A DNA stretch of 31,351 bases from Azolla caroliniana (lineage: Eukaryota > Plantae > Polypodiophyta), in contig JBHGNT010000362.1 in assembly GCA_043228905.1 (NCBI GenBank), forward strand, positions 1 through 31,351, read 5' to 3'. Made by a program: the position numbers and the translations under genes. The notes beneath the pieces were generated by a model. It ran no database searches, was not told the origin of the DNA, and saw nothing but the letters and a program-made list of their open reading frames with translations. Positions 1 through 11,465 of the stretch are shown here, in pieces. Within the stretch, counting starts at the first letter, position 1, and every line of letters begins with the position of its first letter.

Positions 1-18
1 AATATACATCATGATGAG

Positions 19-645
19 TTGCGAAGTACGCAAAAATTTCTTTGGGATATGCAAGATATGTTGTATATTGCACGAGATAATATAAAAACAGCTCAAGATA
101 GAGCGCGTTTTTATGCCGATCATCATAGGCAACCTCGTGTATTCAACCCTGGACAGAAGGTATTGTTACGTGTACCTCATAATTCTAAGACATTGTCTAC
201 GGGTAAGTGCGCTAAGTTAGCCCCACGATTTTGTGGACCATTTACAGTCCTCAAACGCATTGGGTCATCAGCCTATCGTCTCGCTCTTCTCGATGGTGTC
301 GGAATTCATCCAGTCTTTCATGTGAGTCGTCTAAAAGAACTTCTAGGTTCTGGCGACAATACAGTTACAACTGAAACTCTGGTTACTTCTGAAGAATTAT
401 CTTCTAAACCACATGTACCAGAAAGAATTCTCAATGTTAAAACAAAAAAATTACGTACTAAAGAAATCCGAGAATTTAAAATAAAATGGATGGATAAATC
501 AATAAAAGATGCCACATGGGAACGCGAAAATACTCTCAGAACTAATTTCCCTAACTTTCCATTGCAAGAGTGCAATGTTTTAAAGAGGGGGGGAGTATGT
601 TACGGGCATGACCATTTAATATCCCGTGGTGAGAATTTACCATAG
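19..645 (+). CDS. Ty3/gypsy (chromovirus) polyprotein C-terminal fragment: integrase C-terminus (GPF/SH3-like) plus chromodomain
   Basis: Translation has KLAPRFCGPFTVLKRIG..AYRL..IHPVFHVSRLK (GPY/F integrase tail) and PERILNVK..REFKIKW..DATWE (chromodomain). It continues pol from outside the window; the stop lies inside the LTR. Confidence 0.92.
   Translation: MRSTQKFLWDMQDMLYIARDNIKTAQDRARFYADHHRQPRVFNPGQKVLLRVPHNSKTLSTGKCAKLAPRFCGPFTVLKRIGSSAYRLALLDGVGIHPVFHVSRLKELLGSGDNTVTTETLVTSEELSSKPHVPERILNVKTKKLRTKEIREFKIKWMDKSIKDATWERENTLRTNFPNFPLQECNVLKRGGVCYGHDHLISRGENLP
583..595 (+). other. Polypurine tract of the gypsy element
   Basis: AAGAGGGGGGGAG 2 nt before the TGTTA LTR start at 598. Confidence 0.9.
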
Positions 646-1053
646 TATTCTATACACGTGGATAAGTGTGAGGGTTAACCGAGAGTGTAAAGAAGGGGAG
701 GATTACTTTTAATCCTCGGGATTGAGATAACCCTTTAGGTCAAGTGTGAACTTGCCTGGGGGCATTGGGTATCGCTATAAATAAAAGGCCTAGCTACCCT
801 CATTTGATGATATTTTGAACTACATCGAGACTCTGCTCTTGTGGTGGGTCAACTCTTGTAGCGAGCACGCCAGCACCAGGTACGAGTCGACGCCACGGCG
901 GTGGTATGGGACGCCGATCGAGGCTCGAGTCCGTCTCGATCCCTTCGCTCGAGGGTGGTCGGGTGGATTGGCACCCTTCTTTCTCTTTCTCCTTTCTATC
1001 TATCATTTGTTTATCCTTATCTTAAGCTTACTTTAGTACCTAGATCTCTAATA
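598..1053 (+). mobile_element. 3' LTR of the gypsy chromovirus (~456 bp)
   Basis: Starts TGTTA after the PPT, contains CTATAAATA at ~776, and ends TAATA (TAACA with C>T) exactly where satellite sequence (CGAGGCAACTTG) begins. Confidence 0.8.
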
Positions 1054-1543
1054 CGAGGCAACTTGATTACAATGGAATTCATTTAGTAAATGAAATAGTT
1101 AATGTACCATTCTAGCCCTTTGTTACAAATAAAGAAACATGGTGCAATGCTCATCGACATTTGACCATTATTCTACAATCTATGCGTATTTTTTGAAATT
1201 GTATCCAGTTATCCAAACTATAATTGTTGGTGTACTAATTTGTCGTACCAATGTTGAGGAACAACCACAACCAAAGATACTACTTCTTGTTGTCCCGAAC
1301 AACATAATGTTTTGTCCAATTTCATTTGAAACTTCTACCATTAATCGAATAACGGGATTAAGTTTAGAAATTGATGTTAGGATAGAAAAATCAAAGTAAT
1401 GTTCGTCATCAATCCTTCAAACATAATATTGATTATTTTGTTAATTGTACATTATCGTAACATCTACTTTAGGTCTTGAGTTTTTGAGTTGTCAAAAGTT
1501 AACACATGATATGTGTCCGAAATTTAATATATGATATTGTCGT

Positions 1544-1616
1544 TTCCATTGCCGGGAGTTGAACCCGGGTCTCTCGGGTGAGAGCCGAGTATCATAACCA
1601 ACTAGACTACAATGGA
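1544..1616 (-). tRNA. trnE-CUC: tRNA-Glu(CUC), D-arm variant
   Basis: 73-nt cloverleaf TCCATTGTAGTCTAGTTGGTTAtGATACTCGGCTCTCACCCGAGAGACCCGGGTTCAACTCCCGGCAATGGAA; one G>T in the D arm relative to the array consensus. Confidence 0.85.
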
Positions 1617-3161
1617 TCACATTTTGTGTGCTTTTTATCGTAACAATCATTGATTCGTAATAAATAATATTTATATATTCCTTAAACAAGGATACGAACC
1701 AACTAGACTACAATGGAATTCATTTAGTAAATGATTTAGTTAATGTAATATTCTAGTGGTTTACTTCAAATATAGAAACATGGTGCAATGCTCATCGACA
1801 GTTGACCAATAGTCTGCGATCTATGCGTATTGTTTGAAATTGTATCGACTTATCCAAACTATAATTGTTGGTGTACTAATTTGTCGTACCAATGTTGACG
1901 ATTAACCAAAACCAAATATACTGCTTCTTGTTTTCCCGAACAACATAATGTTGTCCTTAACCAACTAGATTACAATGGCTCCTATCTTGTGTATAGATAT
2001 ATTGCAATCATAGATTAGTAATAAATAATATTTACATATTGCGCAACCATCAACACAAAACTGAGGATTACTCTCACACACTCTCGTTTTTAACATTTAA
2101 TCATTTCAAGGGGTTTTATTGATGTGACATTACATAATGATCTATGATATATCTAGTTTTTCCAATGCCTATTATTGTACCCCGGAGTCTCGTGTAAAAA
2201 ACAAGGATCCGAACCAACTAGACTACAATAGAATTGATTCAGTACATGAATTAGTTAATATAATATTCTAGTGCTTTGCTTCAAATAAAGAACTATGATG
2301 CAATGTTGATCGAGAGTTCACCATTATTCTACAATCTATGCGTATTTCGGGAAACTCTATGAAGTTATCCAAACTATAATTGTCGGTGTACTAATTTGTC
2401 GTAACCATGTTGACAAATAACCACGACTAAATATATTGTTTCTTCTTGTCCCGAACAACCTAATGTTTTGTCAAATTTCATTTGAAACCTCTTCTATTAA
2501 TTGAATAATGGGATTAAGTTTGCAAGCATCAACAAAAAATTGAGGATTATTCTAACACACTTTCATTTTCAACATTTAATAATTTCAAGGGTTTTTATCG
2601 ATGCCACATTAACTCATGATATATGATAGATCTACTTGTACCCGGGCGTCTCAGGTAAAAAGCAAGGATCCGAGGCAACTTGATTACAATGGAATTCATT
2701 TAGTAAAGGAAATAGTTAATGTACCATTCTAGCCCTTAGTTACAAATAAACAAACATGGTGCAATGCTCATCGACATTTGACCATTATTCTGCAATCTAT
2801 GCGTATTTTTTGAAATTGTATCCAGTTATCCAAACTATAATTGTTGGTGTACTAATTTGTTATACCAATGTTGACGAATAACCACAACCAAAGATACTGC
2901 TTCTTGTTGTCCCGAACAACATAATGTTTTGTCCAATTTCATTTGAAACCTCTACCATTAATCGAATAATGGGATTAAGTTTAGAAATTGATGTTAGGAG
3001 AGAAAAATCAAAGTAATGTTCGTCATCAATCCTTCAAACATAATATTGATTATTTTGTTAATTGTACATTATCGTAACATCTACTTTAGGTCTTGAGTTT
3101 TTGAGTTGTCAAACTGTTAACACATGATATGCGTCCGAAATTTAATATATGATATTGTCGT

Positions 3162-3234
3162 TTCCATTGCCGGGAATTGAACCCGGGTGTCTCGGGTGAG
3201 AGCCGAGTATCCTAACCAACTAGACTACAATGGA
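3162..3234 (-). tRNA. trnE-CUC: tRNA-Glu(CUC), two loop variants
   Basis: All stems pair; T loop TTCAATT, variable loop ACAC. Confidence 0.85.
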
Positions 3235-3558
3235 TCACATTTTGTGTGCTATTTATCGTAACAATGTTGAGGAATAACGACAACGAAATAGACTATCTGT
3301 TGTTGTCCCAAAAAACATAATATTTATTCCAATTTCATTCGAAACCCCTACCATTAATCGAATAATGGGATTAAGTTTAGAAATGGATGTGATGAGTAAA
3401 AAATCAAAGTAAATTTCGTTATCAATCCTTCAAACATAATATTTATTATTTTGTTAATTGTACTTTATTATAACAGCTAGTTTACGGTGTTAGTTTTTGA
3501 GTTATTAAACAGTTAACAAATGACATGCGTCGCAAAATTTGATATATGATATTGTCCT

Positions 3559-3631
3559 TTCTATTCCTTGGAGTTGAACCCGGGTCTCTCGTGTGAGAGC
3601 CAAGTATTCTAACGAAATAGACGAAAATGGC
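3559..3631 (-). pseudogene. tRNA-Glu(CUC) pseudogene
   Basis: Colinear with the consensus but has many substitutions in the acceptor, D, anticodon and T stems. Confidence 0.85.
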
Positions 3632-4294
3632 TCACATCTTGTGCACTGTTTAATTTTGCAATCATTGATTAGAAAAATATAATATTTATCTTTTGCGCAA
3701 GCATCAACGAAAAACTAAAGATTATTCTAACACACTCTCGTTTTTAAGATTTAATAATTTCAAGGGTTTTTATCTAAGCCACATTAACTCGTGATATATC
3801 ATATATCTACTTGATTACAATGGAATTCATTTAGTAAATGAATTAGTTAATGTACCATTCTAGTCCTTTGTTAAAAATAAAAAAACATGGTGCAATGCTC
3901 ATCGACTGTTAACCATTATTCTGAAATCTATGCGTATTGTTTAAAATTGTATCGAGTTATCCAAAGTATAATTGTTGGTGTACGAATTTGTCGTACCAAT
4001 GTTGACGAATAACCACAACTAAATATACTGCTTCTTCTTGGCCCAAACAATGTAATGTTTTGTGAAATTTCATTTCAAAACCTATACTATTAATTGAATA
4101 ATGGGATTAAATTTAGAAATTGATGTTAGGAGAAAAAAATCAAAGAAAAGTTCTTTATCAATCCTCCAAACATAATATTGATTATTTTATTAATTGTACA
4201 TTATTGTAAAAACTACTTTAGGTCTTGAGTTTTTGAGTTATCGAACAGTTAAGAAATGACATGCGTCACAAAATTTGATATATGATATTGTCTT

Positions 4295-4367
4295 TTCCAT
4301 TGGTGGAAGTTGAACCCAGGTCTCTCAGGTGAGAGCCGAGTATCCTAACCAACTAGACTACAATGGA
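4295..4367 (-). pseudogene. tRNA-Glu(CUC) probable pseudogene
   Basis: 5' half intact; T stem and acceptor/T junction disrupted (+ strand TTGGTGGAAGTTGAACCCAGG); one anticodon-stem change. Confidence 0.8.
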
Positions 4368-4663
4368 TTACATCTTGTGTGCTTTTTAATATTGCAATCA
4401 TTGGTTAGAAATAAATAATATTTATATATTGCGCAAGCATTAACGAAAAACTGAGGATTATTGTAACACATTGTCATTTTTAAGATTTAATAATTTCAAG
4501 GGTTTTTATCGGACCCACATGAACTTATGATCTATGATGTATCTAGTGTTATCATTGCTTGTAGTTGTACCCGGGCGTGTCGGGTAAAAAAGCAATGATC
4601 CGAACCAACTAGACTACAATGGAATTCATTTAGTAAATAAATTAGTTAATGTAATATTCTAGT

Positions 4664-6088
4664 CGTCTCCTTAGGACACACCAACTGTGTACTTGTGTTT
4701 CCAGTTTTGAAAATTAGAATTGCGTTCTCTTTACATAATTGTATTATTAGTCCATCTACAGTTGCTTGTCCAATTGATAATAGGTGTTTAGCTAGTCCTA
4801 GTACATAATAGACATTTGGGACTGTAATCACGTGATTGTTTGACAATCTGAGTTCAATAGTTCCTTTTCCGATTGTTGTTTTTCGTTTGTTGTCTCCAAA
4901 AGTAACTGATAGTGGATTGGAAAGAATCTTATAGCAATTCAACCAGTCCTTTCGATATGTGAGGTGATGTGTAGCACTAGTGTCTAGGTACCATGTATCA
5001 TGGTCGGTTTTTGTCTCTTCTGTAGTGACATGGTATGCTTGCAAAATATTGTCATCTTCTGGTATTTCATCCAAATTCTATATATTCTTTTGACTTCAAG
5101 TTTGATTTGTCTTCTAATGTTGCATTATTTTCTTGTGATCGTCTTTTGTTCTCTGCAACTTGCTTCAATCGACATGCCCTTTCTGTATGCCCTTCTTTCT
5201 TACAAGATCTGCAAATCAGTTTGAAACCACCATTGGATTGTTTTGTTGAAGCTTTCCAAGCATCATTTACCTTGTTGGTACTTGATATTTCTGCATTTCT
5301 GTAAGCATCCGATTTAGCTCTATATCTATTATTATAAGATGATTTTTGTGTTCTGCTAAATGTTACAGTCATTGCCAAAGATGGAGTGGATTCTTTTAAT
5401 TGTCGCCGAAGTTTTTCATGGCGGATCTTGGTAATCAAATCAGACAAAGAATTACCTTGGCTATTCATGGTGACAAACGTGCTCCAGGATTCTAGAAGTT
5501 TACTCAATAGGAGCTCAATCTTCATTTCTTCTGAGATTTCATTTCCCGCAATGATAGCTTCTTCGAGATATATCTCCCAGGTATCCAAGAAGGTAAGAAC
5601 ATTTTCTTCTTCCTACAAAACCCAAATGTGAAACAAGGTAGGAAGAGTATGGATTCTAGTAGTACCATCTTGTGGTTCAAACATCTATTTTACTTTGGAC
5701 CACATTTCTGTTGTAGTTGTGAGTTTTCGAATGCCATCAGCTTGCTTGTCTTCTACATGTAGCAGTGTTTCAAGCTTTGCCCTTTTGTCTTTGTTTTTCC
5801 AATCTTTCCATGCTTTTGATTGTGTATTTTTTTGTGCTTGACAGGTTTCGGTGATGACTTCAAGTAGCTCCTCCAAATCAAGTAGTAGCTCCATCCTTGG
5901 TTTCCAAATTCTGTAGTTTTTTGCGGTAAGTCTATCTACCGAGTATTTTCTTGTTTAAGTGGAGCTTGCCATAATGTTGAGGCTATTATCTTTTTTTTAT
6001 TATATATATATATATTGATCAACAAAAGTAGAGTATGGTGCGGGTAATATATTTTCAGGATTCATACTCTTGATTCTCTGATACCATG
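4664..6088 (-). mobile_element. Truncated Ty1/copia element (PBS, gag, zinc knuckle, protease), cut before integrase
   Basis: PBS TGGTATCAGAG at 6076-6086 after the LTR-terminal CA; ATG at ~5972; gag NYRIWKPRMELLL..W..KDKRAK; CRSCKKEGHTERAC (CX2CX4HX4C); protease WYLDTSATHHL..VYYVLGLAKHLLSIGQ; stops and frameshifts. The LTR continues right of 6087 and its far end is not defined. Confidence 0.9.
6076..6086 (-). other. Primer binding site (tRNA-iMet)
   Basis: TGGTATCAGAG on the minus strand. Confidence 0.9.
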
Positions 6089-6415
6089 TTTTTTTACTAT
6101 TAATAACTTGTGGTGTGGGGTTATATTTAGTAATTAACGAAGTAGTTGCTCACTGTCAGCTAATTAGTTATTTATAACTTCTAACAATTGTGACCAAACA
6201 AGTAACTTATAATTACAATGCTCAATTATATATGTGTTTATAAGAATGGGACAAGTGCACTCACTCACTCACTCACTAAATGCGTAGCGTTTCAAGCTAA
6301 TGTTAAGGCATATTGTGCATGGGATAGCTTGACGAAAGCCAAAGCCAAAACGCGAAGGATCCTCATCTCATCTACGTCATCCATCAACTGGAGAGATAAC
6401 TCCACATAACACACT

Positions 6416-6453
6416 ATGCATGCATGCATGCATGTACGTATGTATGTATGTAT
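6416..6453. repeat. Compound microsatellite (TGCA)n/(TATG)n
   Basis: tatgcatgcatgcatgcatgtacgtatgtatgtatgtat. Confidence 0.8.
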
Positions 6454-6687
6454 ACCAAGATAGAGGGTTTGGAGGTCGGTGGGTACCTGCCTAGAAGAGT
6501 GAGCGATATAATTTAATTAATTAGGAGAAAGCAACAAGGAGAGAAGCCAAGAGAATCCGGGGTGAAAATATCCGAAGATGAAGCAAATCACCAAATGTCC
6601 GTGACATTGTGGAGGAAGAAAACAATTACACAACCAACAAGTGATGATGAACCAAGAAAGTCGAAAAAGATCTAGAGCTAACTAACC

Positions 6688-6711
6688 AGATAGATAGGTA
6701 GATAGATAGAT
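6688..6711. repeat. (GATA)n microsatellite
   Basis: agatagataggtagatagatagat. Confidence 0.8.
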
Positions 6712-6780
6712 GCAGAGCAAAAGGCCCAGATCGATCGATCTCACCAAATGCCCCCCCACTAGAGATTATACATCTATTTA

Positions 6781-6858
6781 CCATCCTTTTAGGAGGGCCA
6801 TACTTTTAACATTTCTATATATATAATATCCATGCTTTTAGGAGGGCCATACTTTTAA
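6781..6858. repeat. 29-bp direct repeat, two copies, 49-bp period
   Basis: ccat(c/g)cttttaggagggccatacttttaa at 6781 and 6830. Confidence 0.85.
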
Positions 6859-8071
6859 ATGGCACAATTGAAATGTAGTTGGTAGTGGAATGTAATTAAA
6901 TTGCATAGAGATTGAATATAAAGGAAATGGAGCCAACAATTTGGAACATGTAATATTATTATGCTTCATGGCTTTGACGATGACAAGGGGGATGAATAAC
7001 GTCATAACCATTGCACGGTTATCCCACTATTTGATGCGTATTTAAGCCTGTGGACGAAATGAAAAATATCTCAAGAATAGGCATAATGGTTACAACGCCC
7101 ATTTCTTTCTAATTTGGCATTCATTCATGTTCTTATTTAGTTATGGGTTTTGAAAACTACACAGCATTAAGATTCAAACTACTATGTCGTTCCACACCTT
7201 CCATTAAGTGTCCAATGCTTTCACGACTACTAGCATTCATACATATATAAGAAGCTTATACAGCAGCTACAAACTAAGCTATCACATGCCTGAACTGAGA
7301 CAAAAGAATCCTAACATAGCAATAAGAGGTGTGCAAGTCCACTAAATAGTGAAAAGATAAAGAGTGGCAAGGATAATAAAACATACCGAATTCCTCTATG
7401 AGTGTCTCCACAGCTTGGCTTCTACAAGCAGCAACTTTTTTACAGTTCAAACTAGGCAACAGAAATTGTGATATTCACCCTTGAAAAAGTCCTGAATTTT
7501 CAACACAATTCATAACTTGCTACGCAAATGCTCACACAGAATATAATGGCTGAACATATAGGTATTAATCTTCTAAGCACAGGGAAGTCACACAAACTAG
7601 GAGCACACAAATTTATACTGAGTGGCACTTAATCTATATATGTTTTTGGCGTATGAACTTAGTCACAAAAGTCCAACAAAACCCAGTCAGTCGATGTATA
7701 CTTTGCAGGTGGATAATGAATAATAAATAAAGGTGAAATGCAAGAGTATTATAAAAAGAAATTTCAGACTTCGAAATACTACAAAACTTGGCAATTGTTA
7801 CTCATGTGCAAGCTTCACCACTACCAAATGTTATGGTTAATATCTCCCAATGAAAATTGCTCAGCTTTCTGTCACCAGCAAAATTGTTAACTTACACAAA
7901 TTTGTATTACTTGCTATGAAAATTCAGTACTCAGAATACAAGTGACCCCTTAGAATTTTGGTGAAAACTAATTTGGAAAATGTTTTTTTTCTAATTAGAA
8001 CGAAACTGCTGAGGACGTATATCTGGACTCAGATGTCATGTTCAAAAAAGAACAAGAAACACTTTTCCAGC

Positions 8072-8992
<921 letters not shown>

Positions 8993-9053
8993 TTGCCAAA
9001 ACAAATCACTAAATCTCTCACTCCATGATGTTGGTGGTTTTTTATTGCAAACA

Positions 9054-9504
9054 TGTAAAGATTAGTGTGCGGAAGTTAAATAGACACAACCGGCTTAGCC
9101 GGACAGTAACAGAGAACGGTAAACACTGAGAACAATGGAGGGAGAGAGAGTACACAGGTGAGAGGGAGAGAGCAGAACAATAAAACTCAAATTCAAATAA
9201 CACTCTTTACATACAAATGTGCTCCGAGAGCACTTTTATACAAGTCCTCAAAAGGACTGACAAAAGTACTAACAAAAGTACTAACATGTACTTCAATGCT
9301 CATAACTAAGCGACATACACTAACTCCCAAAAAATATGCCTATCTACTAGGCTAGGATTGTAGGCCTCTAACGGCGTACCGGCTCTCATGGATCCGACTC
9401 ACCGATCCGATCTAGGCCTAGCCGATTCGGTCTTCACCCAATCTAGCTCTCGGCTTGTTCAGCCGATTCGGCCCATCGGCCCATGTTGAGCTTGCTTCTC
9501 AACA
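9054..9504 (-). mobile_element. 3' LTR of the Copia element (~451 bp)
   Basis: Minus strand TGTTGAGAAG...CTTTACA directly after the PPT; aligns by eye with the LTR at 31066-31351 (tttatacaagtcct..ggactgaca..gtacttcaatgctca). Confidence 0.82.
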
Positions 9505-9514
9505 CTCCCCCTCA
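9505..9514 (-). other. Polypurine tract of the Copia element
   Basis: TGAGGGGGAG immediately before the TGTT LTR start on the minus strand. Confidence 0.88.
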
Positions 9515-11161
9515 AGCTCAAACTGAGATTCCATCTGATCTGCCAGTTCCTTGCCTCGGCTTCTCCTAGCGTCTTTTCACCTTGCTCGCACCCCTCATCC
9601 GGTTCGGTCCTGCGTTCCACAACCCCTCCAGTCCAACGCTTCTTGACCCATCCAACTCCATGCATCTTGACCCATCCAACCCCCGCATCTCGACCCCTAC
9701 AGTCTGTTTGTCTGCTCATCAGGCCCATCTCAGCCCCATCGTTGTCGCGGTATTGGCGCTTCTCGACCCACCGAATCCTTCATTTCAGTGTCGGCTTCGG
9801 CTGCCTTCCTGTCCCCTTGGCTTTCACTTGATTCGGCTCGTCCGAATCGAACCACTCGACCGACTCAGTTGTCTCCAATTCGTAATCCGTCTGCAAGCCC
9901 TTGACCACATCCGACCATTTTCTGGGTCCCAGCCTCTTTCTTCTGGTCGGCTCTGTCCTTCTTGACTCTGCCACCTTTGCCGCTTGTTCCAACTCTATCG
10001 GATGTGTCGACTTCTTTAATCGATTTGGCATCTTGTTCAGTTTCAACTTTCTCTCGTTGCTCTCTCCATTTTTCTCTACCTGTGCGGCACATTGAGGTGT
10101 TATAGCCCAAGCATCTCCAAGAAGTGTTGCAACGTGTCCGATCCGAGCGCTTTGGTGAAGATGTCGGCAACCTGCCGATCGGTTCGAACATATCGAAGTT
10201 AAACTTCACCGCTCAAGTCCTGCTCGTGCACAAAGTGATCATGCACTTCTATGTGCTTTGTGCGAGCATGGAACACGGGGTTCTTGGCTAGCTGTATGCT
10301 GCTAATGTTGTCGCAGTAGATCGGGATTGAAGTGGGAACTTCGATCCGTAAGTCCTGCAACAACCGCCGAAGCCTTATAGCTTCACAAGTCGCGACGGTG
10401 GCTCCTCAATATTTAGCTTCGGTGCTTCTGGCCCAATCGGCATCCATATAGCCGACTAACTATTCGGCTATACCGTGTCGATACAATATTCCCCAATCCT
10501 CCGTGCCGCTAATATATTGCTCGGTTGTCGGTCGTTGCATCAACTGACTCATCACTCCGACCAAATAGCGAAGGTCAGGTCGGGTGATAGTTAAATATAT
10601 AAGGCTTCCAACAATTTGTCGGAACCATTGATCATTGTAGGCCGCTCCTAACTCGGGACGTAGCTTCAGGTTTTTGTTGAAGGGAGTAGAGACGTATCGA
10701 CAATCCGTTGTCGTGAAAATCCGTCACTACGCGCGGATCGTGAGGCGGAACCGCCGAGGTTCTGGACCAGAAGGATTTAGAGTCGATACAAGCTTTGGCG
10801 AGAAAGTACTTAAGATAGATTGGGAAAGAGAGAAGTTGAGATTAAACGATTGAGAAAGATCGATTGAACTTTTTATCTTTGGATTTAAGAAACAAGTTAC
10901 ACCATCAATTTGATAACGAATTTCTTCTTCTTAATTTCATAATAAAAAAAACCATGTTTTTTCTCCTCCCCCTTCCCTCTTTTATAGATGCTCTCATGCA
11001 TATGATGCATGTGAGGGTACAAGACATGCATAAATTGCATGTTTGCCATTTGGCGCTTAAGTATTACATGTGGTGCATGATAACCATGTCACTCATTTTA
11101 GCTCTCATGTATGAGAATTTACATGTAAAAGTACAATGATAGAAATATAATTTCAACTAAA

Positions 11162-11229
11162 TAGCATGGCTTAATGGTAAGCCAATTGACTCCTAACTTG
11201 GAGGTGCAAGGTTTGAATCCTTACTTGCC
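11162..11229 (+). other. tRNA-like remnant (A and B boxes) inside the nested insertion
   Basis: TGGCTTAATGG (A-box-like; GGCTT/AAGCC stem) and AAGG-TTTGAAT-CCTT (T-arm/B-box-like); no acceptor stem. Confidence 0.45.
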
Positions 11230-11280
11230 CTCCTTGTATATGTAAATATGTATATATATTTATATATTTATTTATCTAAT

Positions 11281-11465
11281 CGCCGGTTCGCCGGATACCG
11301 GATGTCGTCGGTTACCGCTGCCGGATACCGGTGCCTCGCCGGATGCCGTCGGATCACCGTTGCCGGATACCGGTGCCGGATGCCACTGGATCACCGTTGC
11401 CGGATTGCCGCCGGATCACCGTCGCCGGTTTGCCGCCGGTTCACCGGCTCCATCGCCGGTCCGGT
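11281..11465. repeat. GC-rich degenerate minisatellite (GCCGGATACCG/GCCGGATCACCG type)
   Basis: Dense run of CCGG-containing short units in otherwise AT-rich DNA. Confidence 0.85.

Larger units (their letters stand above)
1054..4663. repeat. Left block of the tRNA-Glu satellite (1618-bp unit followed by more diverged subunits)
   Basis: Same sequence family as 14463-27516. tRNA copies at 1544 and 3162 are 1618 bp apart; divergence rises after ~3260. Confidence 0.93.

Noticed and set aside
1139-1689. ORFs 1139-1399 and 1492-1689 (also 27421-27660)
   Set aside because: Chance frames in satellite/tRNA sequence; not preserved in other repeat units.
6087-6411. Exact 5' LTR of the left Copia ending at TAACA 6411
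   Set aside because: Several candidate ends exist, and there is no second LTR or TSD in the window to confirm one.
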